From the sequence record SRR31156797_1896: a stretch of 64,000 nucleotides of DNA; one strand, given 5' to 3'. Below the pieces are notes generated by a model. The model saw only the letters and a list, made by a program, of their open reading frames with translations, searched no databases and was not told the DNA's origin. Position 1 is the first letter of the stretch. Every line of letters begins with the position of its first letter. Shown here piece by piece: positions 9,167 through 19,453 of the stretch. The position numbers were made by a program, and so were the translations under genes.

Positions 9167-10660
9167 ATGAAGAGTATTCATTATATATCTCCCGAACCAT
9201 TAACTTTTGAGAGAATTGAAGAGATAATTGAGAACAATTTTGAATTGTGTCTTTCTGATGAGGCTAAAAACTTAATTGAAGCCAGTAGAAATTATCTTGA
9301 TCAAAAAATGCTGAATCAAACTGAACCAATTTATGGTATTAATACAGGATTTGGTTCTTTGTGCGATAAAAAGATTTCACGTGAAGATTTGTCGGATTTA
9401 CAGCGTAATTTGGTTATGTCTCATGCCTGCGGTACAGGTGATGAGGTTGATCCACAGATTGTAAAATTAATGATGTTGCTTAAAGCTCATGCTTTGTCAT
9501 TAGGTAAAAGTGCTGTGCAGTTGCAGACCGTTGAACGCATTATTGATATGTACAACAATGATATAATACCAGTTGTATATCAGCTGGGTTCATTGGGAGC
9601 TTCTGGGGATTTAGCTCCATTGGCCCATTTGTTTTTACCATTATTAGGTGAAGGTGAAGTTATTTTGAAAGGTCAAAGAATGCGCAGTGCCCGCATGTTG
9701 GAATGGAAAGGATGGGAACCAACAAAATTGCGTAGTAAAGAAGGATTAGCATTGCTAAATGGAACTCAATTTATGAGTGCTCACGCGGTATTGGCCTTAA
9801 TTCGCATTTTTAAATTGCAGAAATTTGCAGATCTTGTTGGTGCACTTTCAATTGATGCTTATGATGGTATTTTAGAACCTTTTAGTGATGAATTGCACCA
9901 AATAAGGCCTCATCAAGGTCAAATTGAAACAGCTCAAAACGTAAGAGCCATCTTAGCTGGTTCAGAAATTGCAGCTCAACCTAAAGCTCATGTACAGGAT
10001 CCTTATTCATTCCGTTGTATTCCTCAAGTACATGGAGCTTCAAAAGATGCTGTAAACCATGTAGCACAAATAGTAGAAACTGAAATAAACTCTGTAACAG
10101 ATAATCCAACCATTTTTGTTGAAGAAGATAAAATTCTTTCAGGTGGTAATTTCCATGGACAACCATTGGCCTTATCGTTGGATTATTTAGCTATGGCATT
10201 GTCTGAGTTAGGAAATATCTCAGAACGTCGTGTAGCCCAGTTAATTATGGGTAATAGAGGGTTGCCGGAATTTCTTGTGGCGAATCCCGGATTAAACTCT
10301 GGATTAATGATTCCTCAGTATACAGCAGCTTCCATAGTGAATCAAAACAAGCAACTTTGTACTCCATCATCAATTGATTCTATTGTTTCTTCAAATGGAC
10401 AGGAAGATCATGTGAGTATGGGGGCAAACAGTGCAACAAAACTTGTTAGAGTAGTAGATAATGTTGAGCGCTTATTAGCTATTGAGCTGATTAATGCTAC
10501 GCAAGCTGTTGAGTTCAGAAGACCATTGAAAACTTCACCCTACTTAGAGGAGTTTCTAAGTAATTTCAAAGAAGGATTCAGGTTTATAGAAAACGACCGC
10601 GTACTTGCAGAGGACATCAAATATGCGGTGAGTTTTATTCGACATGGAAAGTTTGAATAA
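9167..10660 (+). CDS. hutH: Histidine ammonia-lyase
   Basis: Motifs YGINTGFG, the MIO-forming GSLGASGDLAPL, QDPYSFRCIPQVHG, GGNFHGQP and NGQEDHVSMG. Confidence 0.97.
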   Translation: MKSIHYISPEPLTFERIEEIIENNFELCLSDEAKNLIEASRNYLDQKMLNQTEPIYGINTGFGSLCDKKISREDLSDLQRNLVMSHACGTGDEVDPQIVKLMMLLKAHALSLGKSAVQLQTVERIIDMYNNDIIPVVYQLGSLGASGDLAPLAHLFLPLLGEGEVILKGQRMRSARMLEWKGWEPTKLRSKEGLALLNGTQFMSAHAVLALIRIFKLQKFADLVGALSIDAYDGILEPFSDELHQIRPHQGQIETAQNVRAILAGSEIAAQPKAHVQDPYSFRCIPQVHGASKDAVNHVAQIVETEINSVTDNPTIFVEEDKILSGGNFHGQPLALSLDYLAMALSELGNISERRVAQLIMGNRGLPEFLVANPGLNSGLMIPQYTAASIVNQNKQLCTPSSIDSIVSSNGQEDHVSMGANSATKLVRVVDNVERLLAIELINATQAVEFRRPLKTSPYLEEFLSNFKEGFRFIENDRVLAEDIKYAVSFIRHGKFE

Positions 10661-10674
10661 ACGTTCATAATATA

Positions 10675-10711
10675 ATTGGGAATTCGTTTGGTTCGGATTC
10701 CCAATATTTTT
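10675..10711 (+). terminator. Probable terminator after hutH
   Basis: ATTGGGAATTCG…CGGATTCCCAAT stem followed by a T-run. Confidence 0.65.
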
Positions 10712-10835
10712 CTATAGATAAGTACTTTATTGCAATTTCTTTCGTTTAGAGTAACGTGAAAATAAAATTGCTAATGAATCAAACTTTTGTTACGTTTGAG
10801 TCGCTAAATTCAATCCAAATAAATAATTTATAGTC

Positions 10836-13775
10836 ATGTACAAAATCAAAATGATGCTACTATCTGCAATAGCCTTATTCTTATTAGGTTGTGCTGGTGG
10901 TGGAAATGATCACAAAGTAATTCAAAAAACGGATGCAAATGGTTATTCTTACAAAGAGGTAACCAATGATCCTTATCAGGCTCGTATTTATACCCTCGAA
11001 AATGGCTTGAAGGTATATTTGAGCGTGAACAGAGACGAACCCCGTGTACAAACATACATTGGAGTTAAAGCCGGTTCAAGTTATGATCCTGCTGAAACAA
11101 CCGGACTAGCTCACTACCTTGAGCATATGATGTTCAAAGGAAATAGTAAAATTGGAGCTTTAGACTGGGAGAAAGAAAAAGAGATGATTCAGCAAATATC
11201 TGATTTGTATGAAAAACACAAAGCAACTGATGATGCTGATGAGAAAAAGAAAATTTATGCTGAAATCGATAAGATTTCTTTTGAAGCTGCTAAACTAGTT
11301 GCGGCAAATGAGTATGACAAGTTACTTAAATCAATTGGTGCTACAGGTACTAATGCTTATACATCTAATGAGCGCACGGTATACATGAACGATGTGCCGG
11401 TGAACGAACTTGAAAAGTGGATGGAAGTTGAAAGCACACGTTTCAGCGAATTAGTGCTACGTTTATTCCATACTGAACTTGAAACAGTATATGAAGAGTT
11501 TAATATGGGACAAGACAGTGATCGCCGTATGGTTTACTACGCTTTAATGCGCAACCTTTTCCCAGGTCACGTTTATGGCGAACAAACTACAATTGGAAAG
11601 CCAGAGCATTTAAAAAATCCATCCATGGTGAATATTCATAATTATTTTGATACATACTACCGACCAAATAATATGGCACTTGCCATGGTTGGTGATATCG
11701 ATATGGATGAAACTATTCAGATGATTGATAGAACTTTTGGTAAACTTGAGAATAAAGCCGTTGAGCCAGTTACACATAAACCTGCTAAAGAGCTTCAAGG
11801 GGTTGTTGAAGAAACTATTTCAGGGCCACAACCTGCTAATGTTATGGTTGGATTCCGTTTAAAAGGTATCAAATCTGACGATCGTAAGTATGCTGGATTA
11901 ATTGATCATATGTTAAGTAACCGCACTGCTGGTTTAATTGACCTTAATCTTGTTCAGCAACAAAAAGTTCAATTTGCCGGAACGTATACTTCATTTATGA
12001 ATGACTATGGAATGCATGTATTTTATGGTATGCCTCGCCAGGGTCAGGAATTGCAAGAAGTTGCAGATTTAATGCTTGCTGAATTAGAGAAAATTAAAAA
12101 AGGTGAGTTTGATCAGTGGCTAATGGATGCGTGTATCAAAGATATGAAAGTGAGTAAAATACGCAAAATGGAAGGTAAATGGCGTGCCCATGATTTTATT
12201 GATGCATTTGTTAGTGACTTTGCATGGGAAGAATATATTACATATTTGGAAGAGTTAGAGAAAATTAAAAAAGAAGACCTGGTTGCTTTTGCAAATCAAA
12301 AATATGGTGGAGATTATGTGGTTATCAAAAAAGAGCAAGGTGAAAAACAAGATGCTGTTAAAGTTGAGAAACCAAAAATTACTTCATTAGAATTAAATCG
12401 TGAAGGACAATCTGAATTCTACTCAAAAATAACTAATGAACCAGCCAAAAGATTAGAGCCAATGTTCCTTGACTATGAGAATCGCATTGCTCATTCTCAA
12501 ATTGCTGAAGGAGTTAAACTTAGCTATATCCAGAATAAAACGAATGAATTATTCCGTATGCAATATATCATTCCAATGGGTAAAAATCATAACAATATGA
12601 TTCCGTTGGCCGTGAATTATTTGGAATATCTGGGAACAGATAAATATTCTCCTGCAGAGTTTAAGCAAGAATTATTTAAGCATGGTCTAAGTTTTGGAGT
12701 ATATGCAAGTGAAGAAGATTCGTATGTGTATATCTCAGGTTTGGAAGAGTCACTTGATAAAGGAATTGAATTGTTAGAGCATATGATTGCTAATGCTAAG
12801 CCAGATCAGGAAGCATATGACAAGTATGTTCAAAAAATTCTAAAAGATCGCTCCAATTCAAAAGAATCTCAAGACGAAATAATGTGGGGTGGAATGATGA
12901 ATTATGGCTTATATGGCGAAGAGTCAGCATTTAGGAATATTATTCCTGAAGATAAGCTTAAAAACATTGACCCTAAGGCTTTAACTGATCTTGTGAAAGA
13001 CTTATATAGTTATGAGCATGAGATTTTCTATTATGGAACACGTCCTACTGATGAATTAAAAACAGTATTGGCCAATAATCATAAAATCCCGGCCGAATTA
13101 AAACCGGTTGCTGATGCAAAAGACTATCAAATACGTGATAACTCTAAAAATGAAGTTTATTTCGTAGATTATGATATGGTGCAGTCTAACATCTTATTAC
13201 TTTCAAAAGATGATAAGTTTAAGAAAGAATTGATGCCCTATGGTCGCATGTTTAATGAGTTCTACGGTAGTGGGTTATCTTCAATTGTATTCCAGGAAAT
13301 TAGAGAGGCAAAAGCACTGGCCTATTCAGCTTTTTCGGCATTTACAACACCCGGCGAAGCAGATGAAAATCATTTGATTTATGGCTACGTGGCAACTCAA
13401 CCAGATAAAATTCAAACTGCTACAAACGCTTTAATTGATTTAATGAATGAGATGCCTGAAGCTGAGAAGCAATTTGAAGGTTCACGTGAAGCCATCATGA
13501 AAAAAATTGAAAGTGAGCGTATTACAAAAGATCGTGTGTATTGGACATGGCGTAGTAATAACAAACGTGGTATCGATTATGATATTAGAAAAGATATCTA
13601 CAATAAAGTTAAAAATATGAGTATGGATGAATTCAAAGAATTTTTCAATAATCATATTAGCGGTAAAAACTATACTTTCCTTGTGATGGGAGACCGCGAT
13701 AGAGTAGATATGAATGTTCTTGCAAAAATTGGAGTAGTAAAAGAGCTTACTTTAGAAGAGATATTTAACTACTAG
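10836..13775 (+). CDS. M16 (insulinase/pitrilysin) family zinc peptidase, lipoprotein
   Basis: Inverted zinc motif GLAHYLEHMMFKG, TNAYTS, and a second half containing FQEIREAKALAYS. Lipobox LLGC. -7 box TACGTTTG at 10791. Confidence 0.95.
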   Translation: MYKIKMMLLSAIALFLLGCAGGGNDHKVIQKTDANGYSYKEVTNDPYQARIYTLENGLKVYLSVNRDEPRVQTYIGVKAGSSYDPAETTGLAHYLEHMMFKGNSKIGALDWEKEKEMIQQISDLYEKHKATDDADEKKKIYAEIDKISFEAAKLVAANEYDKLLKSIGATGTNAYTSNERTVYMNDVPVNELEKWMEVESTRFSELVLRLFHTELETVYEEFNMGQDSDRRMVYYALMRNLFPGHVYGEQTTIGKPEHLKNPSMVNIHNYFDTYYRPNNMALAMVGDIDMDETIQMIDRTFGKLENKAVEPVTHKPAKELQGVVEETISGPQPANVMVGFRLKGIKSDDRKYAGLIDHMLSNRTAGLIDLNLVQQQKVQFAGTYTSFMNDYGMHVFYGMPRQGQELQEVADLMLAELEKIKKGEFDQWLMDACIKDMKVSKIRKMEGKWRAHDFIDAFVSDFAWEEYITYLEELEKIKKEDLVAFANQKYGGDYVVIKKEQGEKQDAVKVEKPKITSLELNREGQSEFYSKITNEPAKRLEPMFLDYENRIAHSQIAEGVKLSYIQNKTNELFRMQYIIPMGKNHNNMIPLAVNYLEYLGTDKYSPAEFKQELFKHGLSFGVYASEEDSYVYISGLEESLDKGIELLEHMIANAKPDQEAYDKYVQKILKDRSNSKESQDEIMWGGMMNYGLYGEESAFRNIIPEDKLKNIDPKALTDLVKDLYSYEHEIFYYGTRPTDELKTVLANNHKIPAELKPVADAKDYQIRDNSKNEVYFVDYDMVQSNILLLSKDDKFKKELMPYGRMFNEFYGSGLSSIVFQEIREAKALAYSAFSAFTTPGEADENHLIYGYVATQPDKIQTATNALIDLMNEMPEAEKQFEGSREAIMKKIESERITKDRVYWTWRSNNKRGIDYDIRKDIYNKVKNMSMDEFKEFFNNHISGKNYTFLVMGDRDRVDMNVLAKIGVVKELTLEEIFNY

Positions 13776-13788
13776 AAATAATGATAAT

Positions 13789-13826
13789 AAAAAAAGTCCC
13801 GACATTTTTATGCCGGGGCTTTTTTT
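13789..13826. terminator. Bidirectional terminator between convergent genes
   Basis: A7-GTCCCGACAT…ATGCCGGGGC-T7. Confidence 0.85.
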
Positions 13827-13837
13827 ATGGTCTTTAA

Positions 13838-16800
13838 TTATTGAATAACTAATTGTGTTCTGTAAACCCGCCTATCACATTCAAAGTCAATAAGGTATAA
13901 GCCACTTGATAATGATTCAACATTTACCTCTTTTTGTGAAGCATTGATACTTTCTATTAAGATTGTTCTTCCGGATAAATCCTTAATAATTAGTTTATTG
14001 ATTTTAAGTTGACTGGAATTGATTATTAATTTGTTTTTAGCTGGGTTAGGATAAACTTCAATACCAGAATTGGCAAAATCAGGAATTCCTGAATATTCGT
14101 CTATTTGCACATTAAAGCTACAAGTGCTGCTGTTGCCAGCATTATCTTGTCCTGTCCAGGTAATAGAAAGATTACCCACAGTTAATTCAACTCCTTCAAT
14201 ATATCCTGCGTAGTTAAAATCGTTTATTATTGTCATAATTCCACTACAGTTATCGGTTGTGTCGATTACAATAAACTCGCCACTTTGAACGGTGTAAAAA
14301 CCGTCTTCAGCAGCTTCTCTGACCTGATCTTCCGGGCATGTAATTACAGGTGGCGTGGTATCTGTTACATTCACATAAAAGCTTACTTCAGTTGCATTAT
14401 TGAGTTCATCGGTAGCCGTAAGAATTACTTGTCCTCCTGTTGTAGTTGTACCTGCTTCAGGTGATTGAGTGACAGTTATATTGTCGGAACAATAATCATA
14501 AACCTGTGCATCTACAGTATAATCGGGTAGTGGAGCTTCACAATTTTCGATAGCTTCAATGTCTTGATTATCATGAGTCGATGTGAAAATTGGTCCGGTA
14601 TTATCAACAATCGCAACATTGAATGTTACTTCATCAATTAGACCGGCGTTGTCTGTAGCCCATAAGGTAACTTCATTTGTTACACCGGAAATTGGAGTTC
14701 CGAAAATAGGTGTTTGTTGGATGTCTAAATCATTGTCGCAGTTATCTGTTGCAACTACTGATGATCGATAATCTGGTAATTCTGTTTCGCAATTTTCGCC
14801 AGCTTCCAATTCAACATCGTTATGTGTTGAAGTAATCTCAGGCGCCTCTGTGTCATAAATATTTACAGTAAATGAAACTTCATCGCTATTTCCGAAATCG
14901 TCTGTTACGGTGAGTGTAACGATATTTCCTTCATAACCAATGATGTATCCGGGTATAGGGTTTTGTGTTACCGTTAGTTCAGTATCACAGTTGTCTGTTG
15001 CAGTTACATCACCTGTATAATCACTCAAGGCTATTTCGCATGGTCCACTGGTGATATTAATGTCATTGTGTGTTGAGGTTATAAGAGGAGCAATTGTATC
15101 TGCAACTTCCACATTAAAGGTAATAGACCCAATGTTTCCATCATCATCTTCCGCAAACAATGTAACCTCATTTGTTGCTCCTGAAATTGTGGCTCCAGCC
15201 AATGGTGATTGCGAATAAACAAGTGAAGGATCACAATTGTCTGTGGCTGTTATTGTAGTTGTATAATCAGGTAGAAGAGTATCGCATCCGTTCAGCGGAT
15301 ATAGGGTTTGATTGGGATGTGATGAGGTTATTGTAGGGGCAATATTGTCAATGACCGCCAGATTGAATGATCTGCTTCTGGTATTGCCAGACGCATCTTC
15401 AGCAGTAAGTGTAATGGTGTTTATCGCTCCTGAAATAGTTGTTCCGGGAGCTGGGTCTTGGGATTTTGTTGGAGCCGGATCACAATAGTCGTTTATCCAA
15501 AGACTGGGTGTGTAATTTGGAACCACAGCTTCGCAGTTTTCATCAGCATCAATTGTTAGATCAGAATGTGTAGATGTAATATTTGGAGCTGTAGTATCAA
15601 CTATGGTTGTTGGGAAAGTAACAATTGTTTGATTGCCTGCATCATCTGTTACATAAAGGGTTACAGTTGATCCTCCATTTTCAGATCCTGGGGAGGGTGA
15701 TTGTGCAATTTCCAATTCACTATCGCAATTATCGTAAGCTACAACATCTTCGGTGAAATCAGGCAAAATACCCAGGCAGTTTTCATTGGCAGGTTGGGCA
15801 TAAGATTCATGTGTTGAGGTAATAACTGGGTCGGTGTCATCTACGACCTCCACATTGAATGTAACCTCGTCATAATTCCCTGCGTCATCTGTGGCTCTTA
15901 ACGTGATTGTGTTAGTAGCTCCTGAAATAGCAGTTCCCGCTGTAGGGTTTTGCGTAATAGTAAGATCTGCATCGCAATTGTCATTGGCTACAACATCAGA
16001 CTTATAGTCAGGAAGTGCCGCTTCGCAGTTCTCATCTAACCCAATGGTTTTATCCGTATGTATACTGGTAATATTTGGAGGGGTACTTTCAATAGTTAAA
16101 GTAGCTGTATTACTAGTCTCATTATAACTCGTATTTGAAACGTAACACCTGTATTGGTTGCCGTCCAAACTAGCTTCTGTGTGTATGGTAAGTGTATCGT
16201 TGGTGCTACCTGTATAAATTACATTGTCAGTTATATCGCTCCAAATACTTCCATTGTCAGTGCTAACCTGCCATTGATAGTTATCAATATTTCCACCCTT
16301 GATAATAAATAGTTTATCGGTGTCACAGCAAGCATCTGAAATATCTGTTGGTTGATCAGTTATATAAATTTTTGTAGGACTGAAATAATATGTTTTCCCT
16401 GCCACATTACCATTATCATCATTATGAGGTTCTCCAATTAATATGTGATCTCCTTCTGCTGAAACACTCGATCCAAAATATGTCCATCCAAGGCATTCGC
16501 TAGGCAAATATTTTGTGATTTCATCCCATGATGTTCCATTGTATTGAAACAAGTAGGCTGCTCCTGCATTGCTGCCAAGTTCGCTATCGTGCGTTGCTCC
16601 TATAACGGCACTTTCTCCGTTAACTGTAACAGAAATGCCATAATTGTCACCAGTAGATAATTGTGTGGGAACTATTTTTTGTGTTTCTGTTCCGCTTGCC
16701 CAGCCTGTGACAGGTTTTTTATATAAATATGCAGCACCTGCATTTTCCCCAGCATCATCTTCTCCACTAGCACCTAATATAATCCAATCTCCAGAAATAT

Positions 16801-17587
16801 CTACCCTGTATCCCAGTAAGTCATTTTCAGCAATGTCCGAGGTGGATAGTTTTGCTATTTGTGACCATGTTGTACCGCTTCTTTCAAACACATACCCGGC
16901 TCCCCAACTATTATTACCATATGCTCCTGCTACAAGGAAATCACCTTCAAGACTTACGGCAATTCCAAAATAATCAGAACTAGCCGGGTCTCCATGATTT
17001 AATTTGGCTTGTTCAGTCCATGTTCCGGTGTTTCGATAGTAAATGTATACGGATCCTGAGCCTGAAAATGCATCGTCATCTCTTTCTGCACCTACTGCCG
17101 CATAATCACCATCAATGGTAACTGATAATCCATAATGATCATCATATGCACCATCTGAGGCCGTAATTTTTTGAGTTTCGGTCATATCGGCCCACCCACT
17201 GACAGGTTTTTCAAATATGTATGCTGCACCACTTTGTGCAGCTGCACCATCATTCAAATATGCACCAACTATTATATAATCTCCTGAGATATCTACAGAT
17301 TTTCCAAAATAATCATCTGCAAGTCCATCTGAGGGTGTGAGTTTTGCAACTTGAGTCCAGGTTCCTGCATTAAATTGAAAAACATAGGCAGCACCTGAAT
17401 TCGCTACATTACCATCAGTAATGCTAGCACCAATTACTGCATAGTCTCCTGAAATACTAACTGATTGTCCAAAATATGAGTTTGCAGCTGCATCATTAGC
17501 AATAAATTGTGATATTTCGGTTGTAGTTTGTGCATTTAAAGAATGGATAGCAATAAATGCAAGAATTATTGTTGTTAATTTTTTCAT
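13838..17587 (-). CDS. T9SS cargo: FG-GAP beta-propeller, Ig-like domain, ~8 HYR-like repeats and type A C-terminal domain
   Basis: Seven FG-x-SV-x-ISGD…VGA…SGAAY repeats; repeated DT-x-P-x-ITSTH…LPDY…A-x-DNCD…Q-x-P…TD-x-AGN units; C-terminal IEVYPNPAK…LSSGLYLI. Confidence 0.9.
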   Translation of the reverse strand: MKKLTTIILAFIAIHSLNAQTTTEISQFIANDAAANSYFGQSVSISGDYAVIGASITDGNVANSGAAYVFQFNAGTWTQVAKLTPSDGLADDYFGKSVDISGDYIIVGAYLNDGAAAQSGAAYIFEKPVSGWADMTETQKITASDGAYDDHYGLSVTIDGDYAAVGAERDDDAFSGSGSVYIYYRNTGTWTEQAKLNHGDPASSDYFGIAVSLEGDFLVAGAYGNNSWGAGYVFERSGTTWSQIAKLSTSDIAENDLLGYRVDISGDWIILGASGEDDAGENAGAAYLYKKPVTGWASGTETQKIVPTQLSTGDNYGISVTVNGESAVIGATHDSELGSNAGAAYLFQYNGTSWDEITKYLPSECLGWTYFGSSVSAEGDHILIGEPHNDDNGNVAGKTYYFSPTKIYITDQPTDISDACCDTDKLFIIKGGNIDNYQWQVSTDNGSIWSDITDNVIYTGSTNDTLTIHTEASLDGNQYRCYVSNTSYNETSNTATLTIESTPPNITSIHTDKTIGLDENCEAALPDYKSDVVANDNCDADLTITQNPTAGTAISGATNTITLRATDDAGNYDEVTFNVEVVDDTDPVITSTHESYAQPANENCLGILPDFTEDVVAYDNCDSELEIAQSPSPGSENGGSTVTLYVTDDAGNQTIVTFPTTIVDTTAPNITSTHSDLTIDADENCEAVVPNYTPSLWINDYCDPAPTKSQDPAPGTTISGAINTITLTAEDASGNTRSRSFNLAVIDNIAPTITSSHPNQTLYPLNGCDTLLPDYTTTITATDNCDPSLVYSQSPLAGATISGATNEVTLFAEDDDGNIGSITFNVEVADTIAPLITSTHNDINITSGPCEIALSDYTGDVTATDNCDTELTVTQNPIPGYIIGYEGNIVTLTVTDDFGNSDEVSFTVNIYDTEAPEITSTHNDVELEAGENCETELPDYRSSVVATDNCDNDLDIQQTPIFGTPISGVTNEVTLWATDNAGLIDEVTFNVAIVDNTGPIFTSTHDNQDIEAIENCEAPLPDYTVDAQVYDYCSDNITVTQSPEAGTTTTGGQVILTATDELNNATEVSFYVNVTDTTPPVITCPEDQVREAAEDGFYTVQSGEFIVIDTTDNCSGIMTIINDFNYAGYIEGVELTVGNLSITWTGQDNAGNSSTCSFNVQIDEYSGIPDFANSGIEVYPNPAKNKLIINSSQLKINKLIIKDLSGRTILIESINASQKEVNVESLSSGLYLIDFECDRRVYRTQLVIQ

Positions 17588-17720
17588 GATGATGTGTTTT
17601 TATTCTTTTGGGATTGATACCTAATCAATTAAAGTTAAAAAAATAATTCTGGAAAATGAAATTATTTTGTTTTAATAACCTTTTTGTTAAATTGCATAAA
17701 AGAAAACTTTTAAAAGAACT

Positions 17721-18410
17721 ATGAGAAAAGTAACTATTGTTTTTATTGCCATTCTTATTTGTTTTTCCAATTCTAATGCCCAGGATGAAAGTGTAAAAGA
17801 AAAAAGCAGATTAATAATAACAACAAGTTTATTTGAAACAGCCCCGTCTCTTTTTGGATTACCTGTATCAATCTTTAATCTTGGAACAGATATTTCAATA
17901 AATCAAAATTATTCAATCGCGATAAATGTAGGTTATGTATATGGAGTCGGAGGATCAATGATTAATTTCACTACTGACAAAGATAATGGTTTCCGTGTGC
18001 AGGGTGAAATTCGAAGGTATTTGAACAAAACCAAAATGTGGGAGCCTGGAGTTTTGCTTTTTCCACCTCATATTCTTCAGTATGAAACTGTTAATAAATG
18101 GAATGCCGGATATTATACAGGTTGGTTAGCTGATTATCAATATACTGAAAGTAAATATTTTTCTACCAACCATTTCAAAATCTATAGGCATGCTTCAAAA
18201 TTACATGCAATATTTGGTTATCAATGTTTTAAATCATACCATCTTTTGGTGGATTTCTCAGTAGGAGCAGGAATTCAATATATTTTTAGCGAATCACCCC
18301 AAAGAATAGGGGGTTTTTCGGAAAGTGGTCCGTGGGGGCAGCAATTTCATGAGGAATCAGGATTTTTTCCATCTATAGGATATAAACTTCGAGTCGGGTT
18401 TTGGTTATAA
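17721..18410 (+). CDS. Putative outer-membrane beta-barrel protein (DUF3575-like)
   Basis: Signal peptide, amphipathic strands (GEIRRY, FGYQ, VDFSVGAGIQY) and an aromatic C-terminus LRVGFWL. Confidence 0.6.
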   Translation: MRKVTIVFIAILICFSNSNAQDESVKEKSRLIITTSLFETAPSLFGLPVSIFNLGTDISINQNYSIAINVGYVYGVGGSMINFTTDKDNGFRVQGEIRRYLNKTKMWEPGVLLFPPHILQYETVNKWNAGYYTGWLADYQYTESKYFSTNHFKIYRHASKLHAIFGYQCFKSYHLLVDFSVGAGIQYIFSESPQRIGGFSESGPWGQQFHEESGFFPSIGYKLRVGFWL

Positions 18411-18436
18411 AAAAAAGGACTTGTTACAGTCCTTTT
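18411..18436. terminator. Bidirectional terminator
   Basis: AAAAAAGGACT-tgttac-AGTCCTTTT between convergent genes. Confidence 0.75.
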
Positions 18437-18463
18437 AGTCCGGTTAGTCGATTTAAATAAATT

Positions 18464-19333
18464 TTAGTCTTCTTCCATCCAAAGGAAGTTTCCGTCTAAA
18501 TCAAAATATAATTCTATATCATTATCTAACTCAATTTTATATACTTGCTGACCATTTTCAAACTCAATTTCTGCCTCGTCTATATAGTTGTTAGGATAGT
18601 TTGCATCAACATAATCAATAATTGATTGTGGTAAATCTGAAATAGGAACATGATTATCAACGGAAGTGAGATCTCCATTTCCATTAAATTTTAATTCCGT
18701 ACCATTATCTAAGTAAACTTCGTATTCCGTTTCTCCATCTTCAGTATCTTTTTCTACCACTAATATATTTGCTTCGGGATAGTTATTTGCTATATAATCT
18801 AATATGTTTTGTGGCAAATCAGCAACATTTACATATGAGCTATCAATTTCTAATTTAAGGAAAGTCCCATCTAAGGCGAAATATAATTCGTAACCATTAT
18901 TGAGGGTTATTTCGTACACCTGAGCACCATCTTCAATCTCTTTTTCTGCTTTAACGATATTATTGTCAGAGTAGTTGTTCGTAATGTAGTCTATGATGGA
19001 GGATGGTAATTCAGCAATATTTACATTAATGCTGTTATCATTCATTCCAATATAGTTATTATTCCCATCGAAATACAATTCCCTATAATCGTTAAGTTCC
19101 ACGTCATATGTAGTGTGGCTATCTGTATATTGCTTCATATACATTGCTGAAATGGTATTGTTTGAATAATTTGTTGAAACATAACTAACAATTGGATCTG
19201 GATAGTTTTGTTCGGATAGTTTCTGATATAGCGTAGACGCTACAACGTTGCTTTGCGAATCGTTATCCTCATCTTTTTCACATGCTGATAATAGAAATAA
19301 AGCTAATGTCAATAATCCCAAATGTTTAAACAT
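18464..19333 (-). CDS. PepSY-like (BLIP-like) repeat lipoprotein
   Basis: Lipobox LSAC; four repeats of LP-x-x-I-x-DY-I-x-x-NY…YE-x-x-L-x-NG-x-EL-x-F-x-x-xG. Confidence 0.85.
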   Translation of the reverse strand: MFKHLGLLTLALFLLSACEKDEDNDSQSNVVASTLYQKLSEQNYPDPIVSYVSTNYSNNTISAMYMKQYTDSHTTYDVELNDYRELYFDGNNNYIGMNDNSINVNIAELPSSIIDYITNNYSDNNIVKAEKEIEDGAQVYEITLNNGYELYFALDGTFLKLEIDSSYVNVADLPQNILDYIANNYPEANILVVEKDTEDGETEYEVYLDNGTELKFNGNGDLTSVDNHVPISDLPQSIIDYVDANYPNNYIDEAEIEFENGQQVYKIELDNDIELYFDLDGNFLWMEED

Positions 19334-19453
19334 AGTATTTTTTTTTATGGTTTAATGAAAAACGCATAATTATTAATAAATGTTTAAGATATTCAGATAT
19401 AAACATCTTATTTGTGTGTGCATTATTGTTTCTGATTGTTTTTTAATTTGATT

